Assembly: GCA_031410335.1 (NCBI GenBank)
Contig: JANNYZ010000030.1
Coordinates: forward strand, 543-64,542
DNA length: 64,000 bases
Direction of reading: 5' to 3'
DNA from: Polaromonas sp.
Lineage (GTDB): Bacteria; Pseudomonadota; Gammaproteobacteria; Burkholderiales; Burkholderiaceae_C
Shown here: in pieces, positions 9,014 through 18,333 of the stretch
Layout of the letters: every line of letters begins with the position of its first letter
Position numbering within the stretch: position 1 is the stretch's first letter
Notes under the pieces: generated by a model
The model's input: only the letters and a program-made list of their open reading frames with translations
Told to the model about the DNA's origin: nothing
Database searches by the model: none
Made by a program: the position numbers and the translations under genes

Positions 9014-10192
9014 ATGAAATGGACACAAGCGCAGCGCGCTGAAAAAATGAACCCCTCGGTGATCCGGGAGATCCTGAAGGTGGCTGAAAAGCCCGGCATC
9101 ATCAGCTTTGCGGGTGGCTTGCCATCGCCCAAAACATTTCCGATCGATGCGTTTGCAGCCGCCTGCGCCAAGGTGCTGTCCACCGATGGTAAGGCAGCGC
9201 TGCAGTACGCCGCCAGCGAAGGCTATGCGCCGCTGCGCGAATGGGTAGCCGAGTCCTTGCCGTGGGAGGTCGACCCTGCGCAGGTGCTGATCACCACAGG
9301 CAGCCAGCAGGCGTTGGACCTGATCGCCAAAATTTTGATCGATAAAGACTCAAAGGTGCTCGTCGAAACGCCCACGTATCTGGGCGCCTTGCAGGCATTC
9401 ACGTCAATGGAGCCCGAGTATGTCAGCGTGGCCAGCGACGCCGAAGGCGTTGACATTGGCGACTTGAAAGCCAAGGCAACAGACGGCCGTTTTTTATATG
9501 TGTTGCCCAACTTTCAAAACCCAACGGGTAACTCAATGAGCGAGGCGCGCCGCGCAGCGCTGAGTGCCGCCGCTGCGCAACTGGGTCTGCCGATTGTGGA
9601 AGACAACCCCTATGGTGATTTGTGGTTTGACACGCCACCGCCGTTGCCGCTGGCGGCGCGCAATCCCGACGGCTGCATTTACATGGGCAGCTTCAGCAAA
9701 ACACTGGCGCCGGGCCTGCGGTTAGGTTTTCTGGTCGCACCCAAAGCGCTTTACCCCAAGCTGCTGCAAGCCAAGCAGGCCGCAGATTTGCACACGCCCA
9801 GCTTTAACCAGCGCATGGTGGCTGAGGTACTGAAAGACAACTTTCTGGATCACCATGTGCCGACCATTCGTGCGCTATACAAATCGCAGCGCGATGCGAT
9901 GCTGGCCGCATTAAATACCCATCTGGCAGACACCGGAGTAAGCTGGAACACGCCCGACGGCGGCATGTTTTTATGGCTTAAATTGCCTGTTGGCATGAAT
10001 GCTGTTGACCTGCTGCCCCAAGCCGTTGCGCGCAATGTCGCCTATGTGCCAGGCGCAGCTTTTTATGCCGATACCCCTGAACACAACACGCTGAGGCTGT
10101 CTTTTGTGACGGCAAGTGTTGATCAAATCAATACCGGCATGGCCGCACTGGCCGATGTTTTCAAAGCACACATGAAGGAACAAAAATTATGA
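9014..10192 (+). CDS. PLP-dependent class I/II aminotransferase (LysN/ARO8-like)
   Basis: ISFAGGLPSP, LPNFQNPTG, EDNPYGDL, GSFSKTLAPGLRLG (PLP lysine). Confidence 0.92.
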   Translation: MKWTQAQRAEKMNPSVIREILKVAEKPGIISFAGGLPSPKTFPIDAFAAACAKVLSTDGKAALQYAASEGYAPLREWVAESLPWEVDPAQVLITTGSQQALDLIAKILIDKDSKVLVETPTYLGALQAFTSMEPEYVSVASDAEGVDIGDLKAKATDGRFLYVLPNFQNPTGNSMSEARRAALSAAAAQLGLPIVEDNPYGDLWFDTPPPLPLAARNPDGCIYMGSFSKTLAPGLRLGFLVAPKALYPKLLQAKQAADLHTPSFNQRMVAEVLKDNFLDHHVPTIRALYKSQRDAMLAALNTHLADTGVSWNTPDGGMFLWLKLPVGMNAVDLLPQAVARNVAYVPGAAFYADTPEHNTLRLSFVTASVDQINTGMAALADVFKAHMKEQKL

Positions 10193-10815
10193 GCCAGCTC
10201 AAAATCTGGGGCCGCATGAGCTCTATTAATGTCAAAAAAGCGGTCTGGACAGCGCAAGAGCTGGGCCTGGACTTTGAACGTCATGAAGCTGGTGGTGTAC
10301 ACGGTGTCGTGAAAACACCTGCGTATGTCGCGCTGAATCCGAATTCACAAATCCCGGTTCTGGAAGATGGGAATTACGTTTTGTGGGAATCGAATGTCAT
10401 CACGCGCTACCTGTGTGCCAAATATTCACCGGGTAGTTTTTATCCGATGGATTTGCAAGAACGCTTTGACGCCGAGCGCTGGATGGAATGGCAGCAAACC
10501 ATGGTGAACCCTGCCAGTCGCAACGGCTTTTGGCATTTGATCCGCCTGCCTGCCGAGCAGCGCGACATGGCTCTGGTCGCGCAGTCGAATGCACTGGTCG
10601 AGCCGTTGATGGCGATACTGGACGCGTACTTGGCAACGCGCAGCTTCATGGTGGGTGAGCGTTTCACGATGGCCGATATTCCGCTGGGCTGCGAAGTACA
10701 GCGCTGGTTTGGCTTGCCGCAAACGCGTGAAAAGCGGCCCCATATCGAGCGCTGGTTTGCATCGCTTTTAGACCGGCCTGCGGCCAAGGGTGTGCTGGAT
10801 TTGCCATTGGCTTGA
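10189..10815 (+). CDS. Glutathione S-transferase (GstB/YliJ-like)
   Basis: KIWGRMSSINVKK, NPNSQIP, LWESNVI, FTMADI. Confidence 0.9.
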   Translation: MSQLKIWGRMSSINVKKAVWTAQELGLDFERHEAGGVHGVVKTPAYVALNPNSQIPVLEDGNYVLWESNVITRYLCAKYSPGSFYPMDLQERFDAERWMEWQQTMVNPASRNGFWHLIRLPAEQRDMALVAQSNALVEPLMAILDAYLATRSFMVGERFTMADIPLGCEVQRWFGLPQTREKRPHIERWFASLLDRPAAKGVLDLPLA

Positions 10816-10825
10816 AAGGTTCTCC

Positions 10826-11740
10826 ATGCAGCAACGCCCCTTCAAACAAATCGACGTTTTCACGTCCACCCCCTACCTTGGCAACCCTGTTGCCGTGGTG
10901 TTGGCAGGCGACGGTCTGAGCGACACGGAGATGGCCAGCTTTGCCCGCTGGACAAATCTGTCTGAAACGACTTTTGTACTGCCGCCCGTCAACACATCGG
11001 CCGACTACCGCCTGCGCATCTTCACGCCGGGCAGTGAATTGCCCTTTGCCGGCCACCCTACGCTGGGTAGTTGCCATGCCTGGCTGGAGGCAGGCGGGCG
11101 GCCCCGAAACAAAGACTTCATCGTGCAGCAGTGCGCGAAAGGCCTGGTCAAAATTCGCCGCGATGGGACGGGCAAGCGCCTGGCATTTGCAGCCCCTGAA
11201 TTGAGCCGTGCTGCCCCCAGTCCGGTGGTGCTGGCCCAGGTTGCGGCAGCGCTTGGCATCAAGGCAGCGCAGGTGACAGCGGCTCAGTTGCTGGACAACG
11301 GTCCGGTGTGGCTGGGCTTGCTGCTGGACAGCCCCGAGACGGTTTTGCAAATCACGCCCAATCACCAAGAACTGGCCAAACTGGGAGTCAAGGTGGGTGT
11401 GGCAGGCGTTTATCCGGTGGATGCAGCAGCGCCCCTGATTGCCAGGGCCAACCGGGAGGCCAGGGCTTTTGCGCAGGACAAGCCTGACATCATCCCCAAT
11501 CTGGAAGTTCGGGCCTTTGCGGCCAGCATCGGCATCAACGAAGACCCTGTGACTGGCAGCCTGAACGCCAGTCTGGCGCAATGGCTGATGGCTGATGGTG
11601 TCATGCCAGCGCAGTACACCGCCGCGCAGGGCGTATGCCTCAGACGCGCGGGACAAATTGACTTACAGCGCGACGCAGATGGGCAAGTATGGGTCGGTGG
11701 GCAGTCGGTGACGTGCATCGACGGGACAGTAACGCTGTGA
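10826..11740 (+). CDS. PhzF-family epimerase/isomerase
   Basis: Start at ATG 10826; QIDVFT...GNPVAVV, NLSETTF, ELPFAGHPTLG, EDPVTGSLNA. Confidence 0.92.
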   Translation: MQQRPFKQIDVFTSTPYLGNPVAVVLAGDGLSDTEMASFARWTNLSETTFVLPPVNTSADYRLRIFTPGSELPFAGHPTLGSCHAWLEAGGRPRNKDFIVQQCAKGLVKIRRDGTGKRLAFAAPELSRAAPSPVVLAQVAAALGIKAAQVTAAQLLDNGPVWLGLLLDSPETVLQITPNHQELAKLGVKVGVAGVYPVDAAAPLIARANREARAFAQDKPDIIPNLEVRAFAASIGINEDPVTGSLNASLAQWLMADGVMPAQYTAAQGVCLRRAGQIDLQRDADGQVWVGGQSVTCIDGTVTL

Positions 11741-12423
11741 CAGCGCACGTCGATCACCTGGTCGTCGCCGCCAGCACGCTTGACGAAGGCGTGGCCTGGT
11801 GCGAGCAAACGCTGGGCATCACCCCCGGCCCTGGTGGTGAACACCCGCTGATGGGGTCGCACAACCGGCTTTTTAAAATTGCATCAGCCCAGTACCCAAG
11901 CACCTATTTCGAAATCATTGCTATTGATAAAGGAGCTGCTTGTGCGCGTAAAAACGCCGAGAAGCGCTGGTTTGATCTTGACAGTGAGGCACTGCAACAG
12001 CAGTTGAAGCGATGCGGGCCGCAACTGGTTCATTTTGTCGCCAGCACGCTGCGTGCTGCACCTGCCCTGCAAGCGCTGGCTGCACTAGGCATAGGCCGCG
12101 GCGAGCTACTAGAGGCATCGCGCATGACACCGCACGGCATGCTGTCCTGGAAGATCACCGTGCGCGCAGACGGTCAGCGGCTGATGAACGGTACGCTGCC
12201 CACGTTGATCGAGTGGGCGGGCGTGCACCCCACAGGCAACATGCCCGCCAGCGGCATCACCCTGCAATCGTTGGCGGCAAGCCAGCCCGATGCAAAAACC
12301 TTACAAGCCGCTTATGCCGCCATTGGCCTGCAAGGCGTGTCGGTCAGCCAGGGGCCAGCCAACTTGATAGCCACCCTGCAAACGCCACGCGGCGTGGTCA
12401 CGCTCGAATCCAGAGGCGTCTGA
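11737..12423 (+). CDS. VOC/glyoxalase-like domain protein
   Basis: GTG start in a GTGA overlap; DHLVVAA, GGEHPLMGSHNRL, EIIAID, RWFDLD, PTLIEW. Confidence 0.85.
   Translation: MTAHVDHLVVAASTLDEGVAWCEQTLGITPGPGGEHPLMGSHNRLFKIASAQYPSTYFEIIAIDKGAACARKNAEKRWFDLDSEALQQQLKRCGPQLVHFVASTLRAAPALQALAALGIGRGELLEASRMTPHGMLSWKITVRADGQRLMNGTLPTLIEWAGVHPTGNMPASGITLQSLAASQPDAKTLQAAYAAIGLQGVSVSQGPANLIATLQTPRGVVTLESRGV
11920..11970 (+). repeat. Dispersed repeat, copy 3 (degenerate, in-frame within the VOC gene)
   Basis: GCTAT-TGATAAA-GGAGC-TGCTTGTGCGCG, read as AIDKGAACAR. Confidence 0.55.
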
Positions 12424-12476
12424 CCCCCGACACGCTGGCGACAGGTTTCAAGTGACACCCGCCGCACAATAACGGC

Positions 12477-13145
12477 ATGGGAACCCTCTATTTAGTGCGC
12501 CACGGTCAGGCCTCGTTTGGCGCTGACGACTACGATGTTCTGAGCCCCCTGGGCCACAAGCAGGCGCTGCGTCTGGGCGAGTATTTCAAAACCAGAGGTA
12601 TCACTTTTGATGCTGCCATGACGGGTACTTTGCAGCGACAGATCAGCACCTTTGAGGGAATTTGCAAAGGGATGGGATCGCCGATTGAGGTATTACAGTG
12701 GCCGGGTCTGAATGAATACGACAGCCACGCTGTGATTGCCACCGTTTACCCGGGCAAACTTGAAAAACCAGACTCGCCCGAGCAGTATCGTCACCACTTT
12801 CGCTTGCTGAAAGATGGTCTGAAGCAATGGATGGACGGTGTGGTCAGCCCGCATGACATGCCCAGTTACAGCGACTTTGTGCGCGGCGTGACAAGTGCGC
12901 TCGACCATGTCCGCAAAGCCCATGACGGAAAGGTGCTGCTGGTGTCCAGCGGCGGCCCTATTTCAACGGCGGTGGGTCATATTCTGGGTTGTAGCCCTGA
13001 GGCGACGATTGAGCTCAACCTGCGCATCCGTAATGCGTCAGTGACCGAGTTTGCCTTTACTCCAAAGCGCCACATGCTGGTGACGTACAACACGCTGCCG
13101 CACCTGGACGCGCCTGAGTATGCTGACTGGGTGACGTACGCCTAG
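12477..13145 (+). CDS. Histidine phosphatase family protein
   Basis: LVRHGQAS catalytic motif; SSGG; NASVT. Confidence 0.9.
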   Translation: MGTLYLVRHGQASFGADDYDVLSPLGHKQALRLGEYFKTRGITFDAAMTGTLQRQISTFEGICKGMGSPIEVLQWPGLNEYDSHAVIATVYPGKLEKPDSPEQYRHHFRLLKDGLKQWMDGVVSPHDMPSYSDFVRGVTSALDHVRKAHDGKVLLVSSGGPISTAVGHILGCSPEATIELNLRIRNASVTEFAFTPKRHMLVTYNTLPHLDAPEYADWVTYA

Positions 13146-13993
13146 TGGACAGAGCGCAGGGTATCGGCAGGCAACTGGTCAATTTCACTTAGCAACGCGG
13201 CCAAGCTGCGGCCTGCCGCCTTCAAAATCTTGAGGCCTTTCTCAGCCGTTGCCGCGGCTGCATTGCCTGCTGCACCGTGCTGGTTGTAGTCCTGCATTTG
13301 CCAGGCGAGTTTGGCGCTTTTGCCATTGCCCAGAATGCTGAATTTTTCAGCCCGGTCCTGCGCGCTTGAACGGAAATTTTGCGCCTGGTTCATGTCCACC
13401 AGTTCGGGTTTCAAGGCCAGCATCATGGACGTCTCGATGTCGCCGCCATGAATGCCAAAGCGGTGCTCCTCAGCGCTGAAGAGGTCGTTCACCGACTCGC
13501 CAAGTTCAGTGACCAATGGCAAATTAAACCAGCTCACGCTGTACACCAGCATGCCTAAACGGGTCCGAAGGTCACGCGCCACCACATCCAGCAAGCTGAC
13601 CTGCCCGCCGTGTGCATTGAGCAGTACGAGTTTTTGAATGCCGCTGGCGTGGACCGACTCGGCAAGTTCTGTCCACAGTGATATCACCGTGGTCGCCTTG
13701 AGCGTTAAGGTGCCATGGAATGCCGCGTGCTCAGGGCTCAGGCCAACGGCCTGCGTTGGCAAAAAAAGAACGGGTAAATCGGCAGGCAAATGGGATAGCG
13801 TGGCGGCCACAACGCCGTCAACCAGTGCAGCGTCAACGTTGAGTGGCAGGTGCGGACCATGTTGTTCCATAGCCGCTACGGGCAACACGGCGATGCACCG
13901 GGGCAGATCGATGCCAGCGAAATCCGGACTTTTAAGATCAGCCCAGAACCGCGACAGGGCGACGGTTGGAGCATGAGTAGGTAGAGGATTCAT
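13142..13993 (-). CDS. Creatininase/creatinine amidohydrolase family protein
   Basis: EQHGPHLP-x-x-x-D, NAHGG, HGGDIETSMML metal-binding motifs. Confidence 0.92.
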   Translation of the reverse strand: MNPLPTHAPTVALSRFWADLKSPDFAGIDLPRCIAVLPVAAMEQHGPHLPLNVDAALVDGVVAATLSHLPADLPVLFLPTQAVGLSPEHAAFHGTLTLKATTVISLWTELAESVHASGIQKLVLLNAHGGQVSLLDVVARDLRTRLGMLVYSVSWFNLPLVTELGESVNDLFSAEEHRFGIHGGDIETSMMLALKPELVDMNQAQNFRSSAQDRAEKFSILGNGKSAKLAWQMQDYNQHGAAGNAAAATAEKGLKILKAAGRSLAALLSEIDQLPADTLRSVH

Positions 13994-14244
13994 GTATATC
14001 GATTGATAGGTTCAGAAACGGTTGAATTCGTAATCACAGGCCTGCGGACGCTTGTCAAACTCCTCCCGTCGTTCATTTCGTCGGTCTTGTGCAGTTCAGC
14101 CTTTAGCCTACATGCAAACGGGCGCAACGTAAGAGTCAGTCAAAGCAAGCCTCGCCTAGCATGTTAATGATTCGGCAAGCGGGCCGTGCATTTATCTGTC
14201 CATCTGTATCTCGCAACTCAAACCGCATAGTCAATGGAGTCCTA

Positions 14245-14460
14245 ATGAGGTATCTTAGTGTTTTAATGATGACGATTTCGCTGTTGGCGTGTGGCAAGCC
14301 AGCGCCTCCAGGCCCGCCTGGTGAGCCTGGCAAGCCGGGCAAGGCTGGGGCAGCAGGGCTGCCCGGGCCACCCGGGAAACCTGGGAAACCCGGAGCCCCA
14401 GGCAAACCCGGTGTCGCTGGCCCGTCAGGCCAGTCTGGCGACCCCGGACCACCCCCTTAA
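14245..14460 (+). CDS. 71-aa collagen-like lipoprotein
   Basis: GGAG RBS before ATG 14245; [16 protein letters not shown] lipobox, then 16 uninterrupted Gly-X-Y triplets up to the stop. Confidence 0.8.
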   Translation: MRYLSVLMMTISLLACGKPAPPGPPGEPGKPGKAGAAGLPGPPGKPGKPGAPGKPGVAGPSGQSGDPGPPP

Positions 14461-16055
14461 TGTGGGGCAGGCGGCTCTTGACCTCGATGGCTGGGCTGGT
14501 GTTGCTGATTCAAGTGTCTGGCTTGGCGGTCAGCTCTTGACGATGTGCTGCGCGCGCGCTGCGAGGTTCGCGTTCGAGCCAGCAATTTCTCAAGGCAATG
14601 TGGACGGGACCGAGCTCCGCTGGCAACGTAGTCTGCCAGCAACGCCGACTGTACTTGGTCAACTGGCAGTACCAACTCCATGCTGAGGTAGTCAAATAGC
14701 AAATCAACCAGCTTTTCCAGCGCAAACTCGTGCGTCTTGCCTGTGGTTTGCCAAAGCCAGTCGCTGAAACTCAGGAAGTGATGGAAAGCTGAGCCGCCGT
14801 TCATGAGCAGCTTCAATCCATTGCCAAATCGCCCATCATTGACCACCAGGTCCCAGTAGCGTGCAAAGCGTTTGATGCGCTGCATGGTGACAAAGTCGAC
14901 GGTGGAGTTTTGCAAAATGGTGTACGGCGTTTGCGGCTCGTACACCATGGCGTAGTCGCTGGTGTGACGGGTAATCGGCGTGCCGCGAAGCCGCTTCAAA
15001 ATGCCGAACTGGATTTCATGGGGGGCCAATTCGTACAGCTTGTCAAAGCCCTCGGCGAAGCTTTCCAGTGTCTCACCGGGCAGGCCGAAAATCAAATCGG
15101 CATGCACGTGAGCGTTACTTTGGCCCACCAACCAGCGCAGGTTGTCAGCGGTTTTGAGGTTGTCTTGCCTGCGTGAAATGCGTTGCTGCACATCGGGGTT
15201 GAAGCTTTGAATGCCCACTTCAAACTGCAACGAACCCGCCGGGAACTGTGCAATCAATTCTTTCAGTTTGTCATGCAGGCTGTCCGGAACGACTTCAAAA
15301 TGGATGAACAAGTCAGGTGTCAATCTGCTGAGAAAAAACTGCAAAATTCGCACAGAAAAATCCACCTTCAGATTAAACGTCCGGTCTACAAATTTAAAGT
15401 TGCGTGCGCCGCGCTTGTAAAGCGTGTCCATCTCGGCCATGAAAACGTCCAGATCAAACGCCCAGGCGGTTTTATCGAGCGAACTCAAACAAAACTCGCA
15501 CTTGAACGGACAGCCACGCGATGCCTCTACGTACAACAGGCGCTTGGCCAGGTCTTCTGCTGTGTATTCCTTGTAGGGCAGCGCAATACGTTCTAGCGCG
15601 GGTTGCTCGCCAGCGATGACTTTCATCAAAGGCTGCGGACCATCCAGCAAAGCCCGGCACAGCTTTGGAAAGCTCACATCGCCCCAGCCCGTCACCACAT
15701 GGTCAGCCAGGTGGCAAATTTCCTGGGCTTCAGTTTCAAAACTCACTTCTGGCCCACCAAGAACGATTTTGATGTCGGGCCGCAAGGCTTTGAGCAAAGC
15801 GACGACTTGCGTGGTTTCCACCACATTCCAGATGTAGATGCCCAGACCAATGATGCGGGGCTGCATGGCCAGCAGCTCTTCCACAATCTGCAACGGCCGC
15901 TGCGCAATGACAAACTCACGCAACCGGGTTTGGGCCTTCAGACCCGTCCCGCCATGCACATCCATATTGGCCAGCAGGTAGCGCAGGCCCAGCGACGCAT
16001 GAATGTACTTGGCATTCAGGGTGGCTAAGACAATGGAGCATGTTGCAGTGGGCAT
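14457..16055 (-). CDS. B12-binding radical SAM protein (DUF4080-type)
   Basis: N-terminal [16 protein letters not shown] and GIYIWN cobalamin-binding domain; CPFKCEFC motif; FKFVDRTFN. Confidence 0.88.
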   Translation of the reverse strand: MPTATCSIVLATLNAKYIHASLGLRYLLANMDVHGGTGLKAQTRLREFVIAQRPLQIVEELLAMQPRIIGLGIYIWNVVETTQVVALLKALRPDIKIVLGGPEVSFETEAQEICHLADHVVTGWGDVSFPKLCRALLDGPQPLMKVIAGEQPALERIALPYKEYTAEDLAKRLLYVEASRGCPFKCEFCLSSLDKTAWAFDLDVFMAEMDTLYKRGARNFKFVDRTFNLKVDFSVRILQFFLSRLTPDLFIHFEVVPDSLHDKLKELIAQFPAGSLQFEVGIQSFNPDVQQRISRRQDNLKTADNLRWLVGQSNAHVHADLIFGLPGETLESFAEGFDKLYELAPHEIQFGILKRLRGTPITRHTSDYAMVYEPQTPYTILQNSTVDFVTMQRIKRFARYWDLVVNDGRFGNGLKLLMNGGSAFHHFLSFSDWLWQTTGKTHEFALEKLVDLLFDYLSMELVLPVDQVQSALLADYVASGARSRPHCLEKLLARTRTSQRARSTSSRADRQARHLNQQHQPSHRGQEPPAPH

Positions 16056-16154
16056 CGCCTTATTATCTAAGCTTGTAAGAAATACGCCTGTTATCAGACT
16101 AAACGGGTAAACCTGCCGGAACTATTGCCCACGCCACCTGCTCAAATTTTGACC

Positions 16155-18314
16155 ATGAATTTTCGCCTTTTAAAAAACGCTCTGCTTTTTATAGCTGCTT
16201 GCGCACATATTCATTGGGCTACAGCCCAAATTAATCCCTTAAATGCGCCTCCAAAGGCTGCTAGCAGTGTTGTTGCAACGGACCAGGTGCGTGCCGAGCT
16301 GATGGCCTTCGCCCCCGACGGCGTGGGGCCAGGAAAACAGATTTGGCTGGGCTTGCAACTGGCACACCAGCCAGATTGGCACACTTACTGGAAGAATTCG
16401 GGCGATTCTGGCTTGCCCACAGTGCTTGAATTCAAACTGCCTGCGGGCATTGACCCCGGCGAGATTGCATGGCCGACGCCTAAAAAAATTCCCATTGGGA
16501 CGCTGGCCAACTATGGCTACGAGGGCACGGTGCTGCTGCCTGTGCCGCTGACGGTTGCGCAAAACTTCAACGCGGGGCAGCTCGACATCAAGCTCAAAGC
16601 CGCCTGGCTGGTGTGCAAAAAAGAATGTATTCCGCAAGAAGGCGACTTTGCCCTGAGTATTCCCGCCAAAAGCTCAACGGCCATCAACGCTGCCGTTTTT
16701 CAGGCGGCGTTTGATGCCAGCCCCAAAGCTCTGAAGACAAGTGCCAGCCAGATTGAAGTCGCTGGGAACACGATCAAAGTGTCATTGAGCGATTTGCCTG
16801 GCACCATGACCGGAAAGACCTTGGCGTTTTTCCCGGAAACAGGCAATGTGATCGAGCCCGCCGCGAAGTGGACGCAAAGCTGGCAGGGCAATGTGTGGAC
16901 TGCTCAAGTTCCGCTATCAGGCCAGCGCACTGAAAGCCCCACCGTCATGCCGGTCGTCGTGGCACTGGACAAAATCGCATACCGGATTGAAGCGCCTGTC
17001 AAAGGGGAATGGCCCAAAGTCGCGGCAGCCGCCCAAGTGCCGCCAGCGCTGGAGGCCGCTTTAAAAGCCAACGCCACCAGCGGTGCAGCGCCGATTCAGG
17101 CAGCCGCTACATCGCTGACTTTCTGGGCCGCTTTACTGGGCGCCTTCATCGGAGGCATGATTTTGAACCTGATGCCCTGCGTGTTTCCCGTGCTGGCCAT
17201 CAAGGTGGTGAGCTTTGTGAACGTCAAAGACCAACGCACCCGGGTTGCCACCGGGGTGGCCTACACCGCCGGTGTCACGCTGTCATTTTTAGCCTTGGGC
17301 GCACTACTGCTGGGCCTGCGCGCGGCGGGCGAGCAACTCGGCTGGGGCTTTCAATTGCAAAGCCCTGGGGTCGTGGCTGGGCTGGCCGTGCTGTTCACTC
17401 TGCTGGGTTTGAACCTGGCGGGCTTGTTTGAGTTTGGCAACTTTTTGCCCAGTCGCGTAGCCAGTTTGCAGGCCAGGAACCCGACAGTTGATTCGTTTTT
17501 ATCAGGCGTGCTGGCCACGGCTATTGCATCGCCCTGCACCGCGCCGTTTATGGGTGCATCGCTGGGCTATGCGGTCGGTTTGCCTGCGGTGCAGGCGCTC
17601 GCCGTGTTTGCGGCGATCGGCCTGGGCATGGCGCTGCCGTACCTTGCTGCCAGCGCCGTGCCGGCCATTGCACGGACCCTGCCGCGCCCTGGCGCGTGGA
17701 TGGTGACGTTCAAGCAGCTGATGGCTTTCCCGATGTTTGCCACGGTCGTCTGGCTGGTCTGGGTGCTCGGCCAGCAAAGCGGTATTGATGGTGCGGGCGC
17801 GCTGCTGGGCTTGCTGGTGCTGATGGCTTTGGCCATTTGGGCTTTGACCTTGAAGGGCCGTACGCGAACTGTAATTGCTACATTTTCAATATCAGCTCTC
17901 GCCGGTGGAATATGGTCTGTAGGGCCAAACATTACCAAATTACAGGACATTGGCACGCCTTCTTTTCAGTTAGCGAACGGCTGGCAAGCCTGGGAGCCGG
18001 GCCGTGTAGACCAGCTCACGTCAGCAGGTCAAAGCGTGTTCGTTGACTTCACGGCTGCTTGGTGCGTGACCTGCCAGTACAACAAGAAGACCACCCTGAG
18101 CAATGCGTCTGTACTGGCCGATATTGCCGCCAAAAAAGTGGTTTTGTTGCGCGCCGACTGGACACGCCGTGACCCTGCCGTGACCGCCGCCCTGACGCAA
18201 CTGGGTCGCAGTGGCGTGCCGGTGTATGTGATTTACAAGCCGGGCCGTGCGCCTGTCGTTTTGAGTGAGATTTTGTCTGTGGATGATGTCAGGGCTGAAC
18301 TGGCCAAACTTTAA
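16155..18314 (+). CDS. DsbD/ScsB-type membrane electron transporter
   Basis: Start at ATG 16155; WHTYWKNSGDSG and CKKEC N-domain; MPCVFP and SPCTAPFM membrane cysteines; C-terminal thioredoxin WCVTC. Confidence 0.9.
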   Translation: MNFRLLKNALLFIAACAHIHWATAQINPLNAPPKAASSVVATDQVRAELMAFAPDGVGPGKQIWLGLQLAHQPDWHTYWKNSGDSGLPTVLEFKLPAGIDPGEIAWPTPKKIPIGTLANYGYEGTVLLPVPLTVAQNFNAGQLDIKLKAAWLVCKKECIPQEGDFALSIPAKSSTAINAAVFQAAFDASPKALKTSASQIEVAGNTIKVSLSDLPGTMTGKTLAFFPETGNVIEPAAKWTQSWQGNVWTAQVPLSGQRTESPTVMPVVVALDKIAYRIEAPVKGEWPKVAAAAQVPPALEAALKANATSGAAPIQAAATSLTFWAALLGAFIGGMILNLMPCVFPVLAIKVVSFVNVKDQRTRVATGVAYTAGVTLSFLALGALLLGLRAAGEQLGWGFQLQSPGVVAGLAVLFTLLGLNLAGLFEFGNFLPSRVASLQARNPTVDSFLSGVLATAIASPCTAPFMGASLGYAVGLPAVQALAVFAAIGLGMALPYLAASAVPAIARTLPRPGAWMVTFKQLMAFPMFATVVWLVWVLGQQSGIDGAGALLGLLVLMALAIWALTLKGRTRTVIATFSISALAGGIWSVGPNITKLQDIGTPSFQLANGWQAWEPGRVDQLTSAGQSVFVDFTAAWCVTCQYNKKTTLSNASVLADIAAKKVVLLRADWTRRDPAVTAALTQLGRSGVPVYVIYKPGRAPVVLSEILSVDDVRAELAKL
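16179..16232 (+). repeat. Dispersed repeat, copy 4, encoding the DsbD signal peptide core
   Basis: GCTCT-GCTTTTT-ATAGC-TGCTTGCGCACATATTCATTGGGCTACAGCCCAAA = ALLFIAACAHIHWATAQ. Confidence 0.75.
17877..17931 (+). repeat. Dispersed repeat, copy 5 (degenerate), encoding a DsbD membrane segment
   Basis: By hand count, 35 of 55 positions match the 27281 copy without gaps; same reading frame (ATFSISALAGGIWSVGPN). Confidence 0.45.
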
Positions 18315-18333
18315 TTTTCAAGGAGTCCTGATC

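Noticed and set aside
9014-11740. Lysine (aminoadipate) or phenazine biosynthesis from the LysN-like and PhzF-like genes
   Set aside because: No other genes of either pathway are present; both families are broad.
13994-14244. Possible riboswitch or gene remnant upstream of the creatininase gene
   Set aside because: I could not match any riboswitch consensus, and the short minus-strand frames lack a convincing start and RBS. An Rfam scan would settle it.
14136-14405. Antisense Gly/Pro-rich ORF ([15 protein letters not shown]...)
   Set aside because: It mirrors the GGN/CCN codons of the collagen gene; the plus strand has the RBS and lipobox.
13142-14460. Convergent genes with 4-bp overlapping stops (CTAG at 13142-13145, TTAA at 14457-14460)
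   Set aside because: Common in compact bacterial genomes; no further signal.
14457-16055. Calling the B12 radical SAM gene bchE
   Set aside because: It is far from the photosynthesis cluster, and its N-terminal NAKYIH motif fits the widespread DUF4080-type family.
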